NCBI RefSeq assembly: GCF_006345805.1
Contig: NC_042998.1
Location: 60,884,001 to 60,948,000 of the forward strand
Source of the DNA: Octopus sinensis
Taxonomy: Eukaryota
Length of the DNA stretch: 64,000 nucleotides
Reading direction: 5' to 3'
The notes under the pieces are model-generated. The model was not told where the DNA came from, made no database searches, and saw only the letters and a list, made by a program, of their open reading frames with translations. Position 1 is the stretch's first letter; every line of letters starts with the position of its first letter. Shown here piece after piece: positions 27,039-38,906 of this stretch. A program made the translations under genes and the position numbers.

Positions 27039-27399
27039 GAGAGAGAGAGAGAGAGAGAAGGAGAGAGATATACGAGTGTAGATAGATAGATACGAGTATA
27101 TATATATATATATATGGTAAATGAAAGACGGAAGACGAGAATTTTTATTATTAATCACGACGGTTGTTCCAGCATCGATCCCTCACGGGCGGGACACTTA
27201 ATAACTGGTTCAGGAGCATCCAGCAGTGCAGATGTGTTCATCGGGCGATAAATAGATACAACTCTTTAAAATAACAGTTCTGCAATGTATCTTCTCATTT
27301 CGTAGAAAGAAAGGCAGCAAAACGAAGGAAATATCTTCATTTATATTGAAGATCAAATATAAAATCACAGATGCAAAAAAGAAACGAACGTGTCTTAAT

Positions 27400-27850
27400 G
27401 TTAAGTAATTGTTAAGTAAAGTTTTGTGATATCATGGCCCATTCAAGTGTAGCAAGTTGTTGACTATGATGTGTCCAGTATCCAGATATAGATGGCTTAT
27501 CTGGTATCTCTTGAAAAATATTGTCCTGATATCGTTTGAAGGTGATAGGATATTTTTTTCGATTTATTTTGGGATATGTAATTAATCATATTAAAAGCAT
27601 AAATATATATAAACCTTCAGCAATTTTGGTTTTATATTTATTTCTAACTTTGATAAGGTCACTTTTTTGTAAATGATGGACAAATGTAAGGTTAGATTAA
27701 AGTATTTGCTCAAATTCTTCATATTGTTCCTAAAATTCAAAATGGAGCTAGACCAGTGTAATTTCTTCAGATAAGAAATATTCCTACCCAATATCAAATG
27801 TAATGAATAGATCTTTCATTGATAATGTTCAACCAAGTTAGTCTCTATCA
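27400..27850 (-). mobile_element. Highly degenerate PLE GIY-YIG endonuclease relic (tentative)
   Basis: Cross-frame translation NIKPK / AEGLYIF...ITFKRYQDNI...PDKPSISGYW resembles GIYKI...RFKEH...KSSISEH. Confidence 0.35.
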
Positions 27851-29021
27851 TACTTGCGTTAAATAAATAACATATCCTATTCTTTTTGTTTTTTAATAAA
27901 ATGGGAATATATTTTCAAATGTTATATAATAAGAGAACAACAATCATAAAAATTACACCCCTATAAAATTATATTATGATTATATATTCTTGGAGAATTA
28001 TCCAGTTTATCCACTTTACCAGTCTTCAAACAGTTACACGCATTTTTATAATAGTTATGTTTCCACGTAATGTTCTATACAATAAAACAGCAGGAACACA
28101 TTCTCAGAAAACCTCTTCGAATATTAGCAAAAAACATTTAGTTTACAGAAGAGGAAGAGTGCAAATGACCATATGACTTTTGATCAGAAGCATAAAGAGT
28201 TACCAGTAGAGAACAGAATAAACTAAATAGGGCCACTAAATAGCTGCTTAGAAATTCTATATATATTTGAAATCGATGAAGTTATGCTTGCTGAGTAAAC
28301 TATAAATATTGTCTTACTAAAGTGTTTTATCGATCACGAAATACATAAATTTATTTCTTGGCTTGTATGGATGTTTTAGACTTTACACCCGTTATTTGCA
28401 GGCTCTCACTATCACTATACATGTAGGTTAAGTCATCCTTCAGCGCACAACGTTATAAAGATAACGAGTATTTGAACTTAATTGCTTCTCTCTTCAGTGG
28501 CACTAAAAAGTGAGTGACAGATGGTCGTTGTTACATCGATTTAAGTGACTGCTGGGAATATTTGGAAGGAGATGTGCTGAAATGATCTCAATTTAATGCA
28601 CTCGTTCCCCTGTGGATGCATTTGGACAAATGCGGATCGCATAACTAATCGAAATAAAAGTAGCTTCCAAACATGTAAAAAAAAGCCCCAACAAAATAGA
28701 GCAGAAATAATAAAAAATGCTCTATTAACTTTATCTAATACATCACAATTACAACGTGTTCATAATGGTCAAACGATGTACAATGAAATAATGGAGTTTA
28801 TGAGACTTGATAAACAAAAAGGAATGTAATAGCGGTGTAATGAGGTTGAGATAATTAAATGAAGACTGTTATAATTACACCAGTACATAAATATATATTA
28901 TATATATATGAACGTATATGTATGTATATCTATAGAGATGTATGTATTTATATATATGTATGTATATGTATAAATATGTGCGTATATATATATGCACAAT
29001 ATATGTATATATGTATAAAAG

Positions 29022-29082
<61 letters not shown>

Positions 29083-29104
29083 ATGTATATGTATATGTAT
29101 ATTA

Positions 29105-29490
29105 TTTTACTTGTTTCAGTCATTTGACTGCGACCATGCTGGAGTACCACCTTTAGTCGAGCAAATCGATCCCAGGACTTATTCTTTTGTAAGCGTAGTA
29201 CTTATTACATCGGTCTCTTTTGCCAAACCGCTAGATTACGGGGACGTAAAAACACCACCATCGGTTGTCAAGCGTTGTTGGTGGTGGGGACAAACACAGA
29301 CATACAAACATATAAACATACATATATACGACAGGCTTGTTTCAGTTTCTGTCTACTAAATCCACTCAAGGCTTTGGTCGGCCCGAAGCTATAGTAGAAG
29401 ACACTTGCCCAAGGTGCCACGCAGTGGGACTGAACCCGTAACCGTGTGGCTGGTAAGCAAGCTACTTACCACACAGCCACTCCTACACCT
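29105..29490 (-). mobile_element. Near full-length SINE family A copy
   Basis: tRNA-like head aggtgtaggagtggctgtgtggtaagtagcttgc...gggttcagtccc, internal microsatellite, and tail ccagcatggtcgcagtcaaatgactgaaacaagtaaaa. Confidence 0.9.
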
Positions 29491-29564
29491 ATATGTATAT
29501 AGGCGTAGGAACTATGTAATGTAGTTGACGTATGAGTGGATGTGTGGTAAGTAGCTTGCTTACC

Positions 29565-31802
29565 TCATTGCACACGTGCGAGTCAGAGTTGTGTTTGACA
29601 CTAAAGCAGTAAGACGCGCTTTTGAAGCCGTCTTAGACTGAAGACCTATGAAACTCAGCTGTAAGGTAAGACTTTCTTTCGTCTAGTGAGGGCCTGTTGT
29701 ATGTCGCAAATTATTTTTACAAAGAAGAACTCCTCACTAGACTCTAGTCTGCCTGAGGCTGAGTGAAAATATTATTCACTTAATTGTGAAAATTATTGGT
29801 TTGGTGGGCGTATCCTTCCAAAAATTTTTTGTTTGAAAATAGTGTTGTTCCTGTTAAGGAGTACCTAGAAGAAAATTGAAATGATTTTTTAACTGTTTTA
29901 CAATTGTGCTAAAATTTTGGCCTGGAGTACCAAGTGGCCTTTACTGTGTCTTGAACTGTTGCTCTCTCTTCTATCTTTGATTAAAAAAAAAAAAAAACTT
30001 TATTGAACTGTTTATTTTTTCTCCCTCCTTCCTTTAGTTTGGACTTTTTTCCTCTTCCTTCTTTTTTTTTAATTATTTTATATTTTAACAACTGTATTTT
30101 TGGACACTTTAAGAAAAACATGGCAAATAACAATGAAAAGTTGGTGGAGTGGGAAATTACAACACCTAAAAAATGGTTAAAAGAACTTGAAGATGGCTGT
30201 TTTGAGGACCTACTGCAGGACCCTCGACGCCATTGCCGTTTTCAGAAAGGATATAATCGAAAGAGAGCTGGCAGAATTTAAGCAAGCGATTAAGTTTATC
30301 ACGCGGGGGTGGGGGGTCAAATACGCAACCGTGTGGTTGCTGTTTGACTCCCCAGAAGTGGCCTGTGAATTTACCTGGAGGGTAAAGAAATTTTGTTTTT
30401 TCCCACTTATTGTGGGAAGAGTTTGACGAGGGCTTGGGTTTGCGGCTTGCCACCCGGAGTTGAGCCCCAGTGGATAGGAGATACTATCCACCGGGGTCCT
30501 GGGTGGCAGTAGCACCAAGCTACTCAGCGTAAATATTCTGCCTGCGGCTGACTGGGAGGGGTCAAAAGCTGTTTTGACCATATGGACCCAGTCAGCTGAA
30601 AGTCTGGTATTTCCAGACGTTTTGAGAAGTATCCGGTGACTCTTGAGGGACGCCTCCCCACCCAAGTTTCATCGGTGCTTGAAGCCTGGCCATATAAAAA
30701 AAACTGTTCTCAAGGGCAAAGCAAAGTCCCGAAGCGGTTGACGGAGACCTCTGTAGAGGAGGAAATGAAGGCGGCCGAAGAGACGGAAGACTTCTCAAAG
30801 AAGAGCCGCAAAAGGAAGAAGGAGAACAATAATGGGTGCTCACTGAAGGATCCTGGGGATGAGGGAAGGGAGGCGAATCTCCAGGTCACGGAGAAGACGC
30901 ACCCTCTCCCAGTCGAGAATTAAAAAAAGAGGAAGAGGAGGGGAAACGGGACATTGCCAGCAGTCGGAGACATGACGCCGGAGTGTCACGGAGCCTCGTC
31001 GGTTGTGCCATCGGAGGGGGGGGGTCACCATTGCGAGAATTGTGCCGCCAACGGTAAAATAGACCCGACCGGACCCGATGGACGAAAAATTGTTGGTCTT
31101 CTTTTATAGAGTCGGAGAGGTGGGAAAGATAGTGAAAGAACACTACAAGGGAATACCTTTGGTCTTCACACAGGACCCCAAATGGCTTCCGCAAATAGCT
31201 GTGGAGGTCATAACGTTGCGCCTGTTTATGATGCTGAACGGACTAAGAGAGTAATATCGCTCGTGGCCGGGTAACGTCCACTCGGACCCCGCCGTGATTT
31301 TAAATGAAGCATGGGTTATGGCAGAGTACACGGACACAAGTGATTATAAGGTGGAAAATTAAGAAGAGGTTGAAAAGCCTCAGTGTTATAATGTGTAAGA
31401 GGTTCAGCGCCTCATTTGTAAATGGACTAGTGTTGATTGTATATTGAGTATTTCATTACATATTATTGCATGCTATTGACTATTAAGTTCAATAATTCTA
31501 AGAACTGTAGTAAGATGTTCAAAACCTCATTTGTAAATGGACTAATGTTGATTGTTTATTGAATATATTTTGCATGTTGATATTTGTAATGGACTATTAT
31601 GTCCAAAAAACTGTAAAAACTGTTGTAAGAGGTTCAATACCTCGCTTTGTTTATTTTGTTTAAAAAAAGAACAATGTTATAGAGAAGAAGAAAATCGGCG
31701 GGCGTTTTTGCCTTCTCTCATCAATATCATCCTTATTTCATCATTCACCTCCAGCCCGCAGCTACTCTTTGTAATGCCTTTATGGCAAATTTATATGAAA
31801 TA
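29565..31802 (+). mobile_element. 2.24-kb ORF1-only (HAL1-like) non-autonomous retroelement inserted in a SINE
   Basis: 16-bp TSD AAGTAGCTTGCTTACC (29549-29564 and 31803-31818). Single frameshifted gag-like ORF from ATG 30120 to about 31360 with a degenerate zinc knuckle. No RT or endonuclease. AATAAA at the 3' junction. Confidence 0.85.
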
Positions 31803-31953
31803 AAGTAGCTTGCTTACCAACCACATGGTTCCGGGTTCAGTCCCACTGCTTGGCACCTTGGGCAAGTGTCTTCTACTATAGCCTCGGGCCGACCAAAGCC
31901 TTGTGAGTGGATTTGGTAGACGGAAACTGAAAGAAGCCCGTCGTATATATATA

Positions 31954-32040
<87 letters not shown>

Positions 32041-32285
32041 CGTATGTATGTATGTGTGTATGTATATGTTTGTGTGTCTATGTTTGTTCCCCAAAATCGC
32101 TTGACAACCGATGCTGGTGTGTTTACGTCCCCGTAACATAGTGGTTCGTCAAAATACCGATAGAATAAGTACTAGGTTTACAAAGAATTATTCCTGGGGT
32201 CAATTTGCTCTCGACTAAAAGGCCGTGCTCCAGCATGGCCACTGTCAAATGACTGAAACATGTAAAAGAGTAAAGAGTAAAGAGA
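31803..32285 (+). mobile_element. Remainder of the SINE family A copy whose head is at 29501-29564
   Basis: Resumes ...cttaccaaccacatggttccgggttcagtccc, exactly continuing the interrupted head, and ends in a (taaagag)n tail. Confidence 0.9.
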
Positions 32286-33221
32286 GTAGAACAACTTTAA
32301 CCAATATGTTTTCTCTTTTTAGTATAATGATAGAATTAGATTTGAGGAAGAATTAAGCCAAACGACCGCCTGAAGGTTCCATCTTTCGAAACTGTTTCCG
32401 AATATATGAATACTTGCCGTATAATTTGTTTTATTTAGTTCCCCTTGGTCGTGAAGTGTCTAGGTTTCATATCACGTGAGAGATGAGACATATCCATGGC
32501 CGATATATTTACTTATCAAACTTTCTCTACATATCCACCTGTATTACCGTATAATTGAATGTTTTATTAGGTTACTGTCATTTGTTCAGATTCTCTGAAG
32601 GACATCGTTTAGAGAGGGGTAGACACTGCCAGCTTGATTTTTACCTGGCACACTTCATTAAGACAAAAAAAAAGGGAATGCGACCGCAATAACCGCTAAA
32701 AACCATTTGTCTTACAACATTGTAGCATGGTTATTTTAAAGTATATTATTAACTCGTGGTTTCTACCTGTTCAGAAATGTTTTGACACAAATTTTTTTCT
32801 TTATGCTACTGCTGTTTTTGTTTAACCCCAAAATAATCATGGGGGTATAGATTTATGACCAACGATGATTAGACCATGACTAAACCACCATTTTCCCACT
32901 TACTTTTCAGACTTTATGCATCCAGATCTACACTATCTAATGTCCCACGATCCTTTTAGGATTTAGAATGTGGTTTGAAAACAATTTGATATCTAATTCT
33001 TGCAGGTCAAGCGATCGTGTAGACACTTTTTCTGTGGCACGGACCAAGAAATCATTAGCCAAATGTCTCTTCCTCTGATCAGTGATTCGATGATCGAAAT
33101 TTCGCAAAGTAAAGCATTTAATCACCTTGTCTTGTCTCGCTTCATCTTCTCTAGCTGTGAAGGCGAGCCAAAAAACAAAAAACAAAAAAAAGTAAGTGGG
33201 CGTACGAAAAGAAACCCTAAG

Positions 33222-33270
<49 letters not shown>

Positions 33271-34913
33271 TATATATATGGTGTGTATGTGTGTGTGTGT
33301 GTGTGTACGTATGTATTTATCTGTGTGTGTGTACGTATGTATTTATCTATGTGTGTGTGCGTATGTATCTATGTGTGTGTCTTTGTGTCTGCATTTGTCA
33401 CGCCATCACCACTTGACAACTGGTTTTAATGTGTTTACGTCCCCGTAAATTAGCAGTTCGGCAAAAGAAAACGATGGAATATGTACTAGGCTTAAATAAT
33501 AAGTCCTGTGGTCGATTTGTTCGACTAAAATCAATCCTTCAAGGCGGTACTCCAGCATGGTCCCCCTTAAAGGACTAAAACAAATAAATGAATAAAAGAA
33601 TATCATTTGTCACACCCTTTAATATTTCTTGTCAGGTCTTTTCTACATGATTCATACTTTTATGCTACAAAGATGTTCTGCATTTTTACCACACTATCTA
33701 TGTCAATTATCGTATAGCTTTGACAGATTTAACTAACAATCGTTAGCACGCTGGCAGAACTGTTAGTTCCCCAGGTGAAATGCTTAGCGGCATTTCGTCC
33801 GTCTTTACGTTCTGAGTTCAAATTCTGTCGAGTCAACTTTGCTTTTCATTCTTTCGGGGGTCGATATAATCGACTCAACTACTTTTGAGTAAGAGTATAA
33901 AAACTGCATCCCTCTGTCAAGTCATGTCAAGCCAGCGTGGCAGAGTGGGCTTATCAAACCAGTATGATCTCAAGCTCAAATTCATAGCCTCCACACCAGA
34001 CGGTAGCTGGAGGAGAGAAGATGCTTAGGCCCTCATCCCGCAGTGGACTAAACATAGGCAGTCCAATCTAAATGTGTGGGTTAAATCTATTTTAAGTCTC
34101 TCATGAATGATATATGATTTCTCTCATGGCTATCTGTTAGGTAAGTTTCCATTTGTATTTCTCACAAACATCCTTTGGCACTTTAATATTTAAGTATACT
34201 GTTCTTTTAAATGTAATTCTATCAAAATTCGATTATCACAGCATCATAATGAAATCTTTTGTGGTTAACAAAATACAAAAAAAAGAAAGAAACAACCGTC
34301 CCCGGAAAACAACGCATTAAAGTTTTCTTTTTTGATAGATAAACCAAACTGCGCCAAAATAATAGACTCGTATACAAAACCCCTACACATAGAATACATT
34401 TTTTTTTTATCTCAGAGGAAAACTACCGAGGCTTGTTTTTTTCACAATATAATTAGAACAGCAATTAGATATTTTGCATGGCTTCCAGACGTTTCCTTAT
34501 TCAACTCCCAGAAGTATTCGCACTTGAAATCTTCTTAACAATAAACACCACATTTCTGAAATTAAACTTTAATGAAATACCCATATTGATAAGAAATAGA
34601 AATTGTCGAATAATAGCATTCCTGACAAACTGACAAACTCACCATTCTTAGATTACAAAGAGATGCAAAATGTAATCCAGTAATTCTTTAGAATTCTTCA
34701 GTAACTGCTGAAATAAGCAAGTAGTACGCACAGAATCATAGAATACAAAAATGAAATAACTTTAAAAAACCGAGTGAAGAAGAATAACTATTTTAATTGA
34801 ATCAACCTCGCTGAAGACAATAACCAACTCGTTAGGTCTTTACTTAGTTCATACTGATACTCATTAATTCTCTCCTCATTATATATTTGATTTTTTTTTT
34901 ATTTCAGAGTCGC

Positions 34914-35270
34914 TTAACCATATCTGAATACAGCAGATCCTGTGCCTCCACTGGGAGAGTTATCGTTGCTGCTGCTAGCGCCACTACCGCCATGGTTATC
35001 AAAAGGAAGGTAACCCATAGGTCTCCAAAATGCTTTCCTCTTAATGGTAGTATAATCTGAATTGTCTGCTTCCTTGTTACCGGCAATGTCTACGTTGGAT
35101 AGCTTTCCGAGAATGTATGCTTGAAGTAATGCTCGACTGTCAGAATCACTGAGGCCGGTTTGTCGTAACGAACGCAGAGTAATAACATGGTCATTCCGCT
35201 TCGGCAATGAATGTACGCTTGAAGCAAACACGGCGACGAGACAGAGCACATGAATTATATTTATTCCCAT
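34914..35270 (-). CDS. NKY: Neuropeptide KY (NKY) prepropeptide, 118 aa; the whole CDS appears to be in one exon
   Basis: Hydrophobic signal peptide (MGINIIHVLCLVAVFASSVHS), dibasic KR sites at aa 24-25 and 77-78, and a predicted 39-aa mature peptide KAFWRPMGYLP...SAVFRY followed by a G amide donor and TAA. It starts with K, ends in RY-amide, and has the N-terminal KAFWxPM motif typical of lophotrochozoan NKY peptides. The ATG is immediately preceded by a pyrimidine tract and CAG|G acceptor (AG at 35273-35272). Confidence 0.88.
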   Translation of the reverse strand: MGINIIHVLCLVAVFASSVHSLPKRNDHVITLRSLRQTGLSDSDSRALLQAYILGKLSNVDIAGNKEADNSDYTTIKRKAFWRPMGYLPFDNHGGSGASSSNDNSPSGGTGSAVFRYG

Positions 35271-35271
35271 C

Positions 35272-35300
35272 CTGAAAAATAATAGAAAAGAAATAAAAAG
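35272..35300 (-). promoter_or_regulatory. 3' splice acceptor of the NKY coding exon (implies an upstream non-coding exon)
   Basis: The minus strand reads ttttatttcttttctattatttttcag|gATG. Confidence 0.75.
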
Positions 35301-35344
35301 TATGAATAAAAAAACTATAACTAAAATAAATTAAATAGTATTGG

Positions 35345-35555
35345 TTTCAAATTTTGGCACAAGGTCAGCAATTTGAGGGGAAGGAGAAAGTCGATAACAT
35401 CGACCCCAGTGCTCAACTGATACTTATTTTATCGATCCCGAAAGGATGAAAGGCAAAGTCGACCGCGACGGATATTGAACTCAGAACGTAAAGACGGACA
35501 AAATACCGCTTAGCATTTTGACTGTCATTCAAACGATTCTGCCAGCATGCCGCCT
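35345..35555 (-). mobile_element. SINE family B copy in the NKY intron
   Basis: Well-preserved family B unit. Confidence 0.85.
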
Positions 35556-35654
35556 CAAAGTTTTCAACAATATTAGAATTCTTTTTTAAATATGATAATG
35601 ATAATCAGAATTCGACGAGTCAATTAGTATTGTTAGAACGAGTAATTTTCGTAA

Positions 35655-35728
<74 letters not shown>

Positions 35729-35909
35729 GCCGGTTAACATTCCAGTAAGTCTATTCAAATGCATTGGATGAATACACACACATGTATGAGTGGTACAGAT
35801 AAGCGAGTGGAAATAAATTGGTAACTGCATAAACAAGGATGTGAATACATATATGCATATAGAAACAAGTGAGCAAATTGGCAAAAAACTACAAGTGTAT
35901 ATATATATA

Positions 35910-35973
<64 letters not shown>

Positions 35974-37806
35974 TATAGACACAAACACACACACATATGT
36001 ATACAAGGCACAAATACAATCGTCACGATGGCCGTCATTCGCAGCTGGTTTCGGTTCGGTTCCATTGTGAGCATCGGATAGACCAATGCCTTGTGAGTGA
36101 AGTTGAACAGAAACTGTGTGAAAGCCCGTCGATATGTGTATGTGTGTGTGTGTGTGCGTGCGCGTGCGCGTGCGTGTATGTGCAAACGCACGCGTGCATG
36201 TGTGTTTTGTGTCTATGTTTGAACTCCTCCATCTCTTGTTGGTTTGTTTACGTCCCTGTAATCTGGTGATTCGGCAAAAAAGACCGAAAGAATAAAATTT
36301 AAAGTGCTGCGATACCCCATCATTGCCCCGCAGTCAATTGACTGAAACAAGTAAAAGATGAAAGATAGCAGAACTGTTTATATCCACAGTCTATAAAGGC
36401 TTTCTTACAAAGAAAGAAAGTTCGGTTGGAGGTAATGTAGTTACTTTTGAAGCACTGGAATAAATGATAGTGGGAGTTTGATTAGCAGGGAAGCAAAAAA
36501 AACCCAAAAAAAAAGAGTGCTGATGATAAAAAAGAAATGGTTTTGAATGAAGGCTCATCCTTGATTTTTTTGTAAGAATAACTCTATGCAAAAGTCAGAA
36601 AGCAGAAAGTATAATGTTGCAATGAGTTTTAAGTGAGGTTGAAAAAGGTTCCAATAACTTCAAAACACCTCTGCTAGGAGATCAGAAGAAACAAAATAAA
36701 GACACCATTCTCTCCAGGTTGAGAGAAAATCCGAAACGTAATGATAGGGAACAAGTGTTGCTATTCTGAATTGTTGTTATTGATTTTGAATTCCAATAAC
36801 CAATGGAATTAAACTAATCCCTATGTAAGATGTGTACCATTTAAACATAATCTTTTTATTCACCATCAGATATTTCCGTATTGTTTGTATTTGCATAAAT
36901 CCAAACGGATATGCATATGAAATAGTAAACACAAGATTGCTGTTTAATGTTGCATCGAGGAGTCCTTAAAATATTTATATAAGCATTTAAGTGTTCTAAC
37001 TTTAAAACAAGCATTTAATCTAAACATAGCTTTAATGCTAACCCTACTGTTAGAGTTGAGGCTAGGGTTAGGGTTAGGTCTAACATTAACGTCTATGTAA
37101 ATCTAGCATTAATTCATAAACTAGTATAAACAAATAAAAACAGCACACACGGTGTACATAGTGCATTATAGTTTGAATTGCTCCTTGCATTTCCCTTAAG
37201 TGACCGGCTGTTCACCATATCGTCGTAATGGCCATATTTACATATTGACATAAGGGATATTGAACCGACTTTTTATCTAAGCGAATAAGGTTTGATATTG
37301 AAAGAGAAAAATATAAAAAACTCAGCCCACCAGTTTCGCTAAGTGCTTTTTTTCTTCACTCAATAATTTCCTTATATCACTACTAGAAACTCAGAAAGCA
37401 TAAAATAAGGCCATCATATCTTTTATTAACAAACCGCAATAAAATCTTTATTCATATCAATTAAGTTACCCATTAAACTACCTTGTATTTGATAACTTTA
37501 GTTTCACATGATCTGACTTTACCCTCCGCAAGCAAATATTACACGTGTATAGTGATAATTGATCGCACAGTTTGAATTGACCTTGCAAACACCGCCTTTA
37601 GAACATATATTTTCATCCGATCATGACAATACAAAGCATCACTATGATTTCTTTCGATTGGTTACATGTTTATTTTCTCTCCCAACTGCAAATCAATCAA
37701 TCTTTGAGTAAAAAAATAAAAACATATCTCTGCAGATACACATTTACATACACAGCACACATGATCGTGTATACATACACAGCACACTAGCGCGTGTATG
37801 TATATA

Positions 37807-38197
37807 TCTTTATATATAAAAGTGAAGTTGTGTGAGTATCTGTCTCCTACGATTTAGATTCCTAACTACTCCCACATTTTGCGGTGCAGTTTAACCAAAA
37901 CCGGGTATCTTATAGTCGTGATTCATATCGAGCGCTTCTGGGTATTAGCATGAGTCTACGATTTAAAAAAAAATTTACCAGCATTTTTTACCATTTTAAT
38001 GCATTTTTTCGCTATTATATAAGGGAAGTAACTCTCTAAAAATGTCTACGATGAGTCAACGATTTAAAAAAAAATTTACCATCATTTTTTTTCCATTTTT
38101 AATGCATTTTTTTGCTATTCTTTGGCAATAACTCTCTAAAAATGCTTATATAGTTATTCCCATTACAAACCCGAGCATCGCCGGGCGATACTGCTAG
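37807..38197 (+). mobile_element. Non-autonomous Helitron (~390 bp)
   Basis: A|TC 5' end, 3' CTAG|T, subterminal GC hairpin CCCGAGCATCGCCGGG (38170-38185), no TSD, and an internal ~100-bp tandem duplication. Confidence 0.85.
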
Positions 38198-38236
38198 TTT
38201 CATATATATGACAAATGATATAATTATAAACGGGCT

Positions 38237-38280
38237 AAACTTAATCGGTTTTCGAACCTTATTGGGTTCTCATCAGAAGC
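38237..38280 (-). ncRNA. Type I hammerhead ribozyme motif (intact core, imperfect stems I and III)
   Basis: CTGATGA-GAACC caataa GGTTC-GAAA-ACCGAT-TA: perfect core and 5-bp stem II. Stem III is one mismatch from the palindrome AACCGGTT. Confidence 0.7.
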
Positions 38281-38484
38281 GTCCACATCATCCTGACACT
38301 CTCCAGAGAAACAAGCAGCCATACTATTTATATACTCAACAAATGCAGCAGTTACTCTATGAAGGAGACCCTAATTTGCATACCGAAAGTTTAATACTCT
38401 ATAAATACCAGCGGTCTGTCAACGGGGATTTTAGTCCACATAGTATCAAGATATGACATTGCATATATGCAACATGGTATATTT

Positions 38485-38524
<40 letters not shown>

Positions 38525-38594
38525 TAAATATATCATGTATATACATCATATATATATATCATATATATACATTTCATATGTATATATAATATAT

Positions 38595-38636
<42 letters not shown>

Positions 38637-38836
38637 ATATATTTACACGACGGGCTTCTTTCAGTTTCCGTCTTCCAAATCCACTGACAAGGCTCCTGTT
38701 GGCCTGAGGCTATAGTAAAAAATACTTGCCCAAGGTGTTATGCAGTGAGACTGAGCCCAGAACCATGTGGTTGATAAGCAAGCTATTTACCACACAGCCA
38801 TATACATATGTATATATTTCATATTTATATGTATAC

Positions 38837-38906
<70 letters not shown>

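Noticed and set aside
34904-35086. 60-aa alternative-frame ORF with a hydrophobic stretch overlapping NKY
   Set aside because: It is a by-product of the Gly/Ser codons of NKY, with no independent start context or homology.
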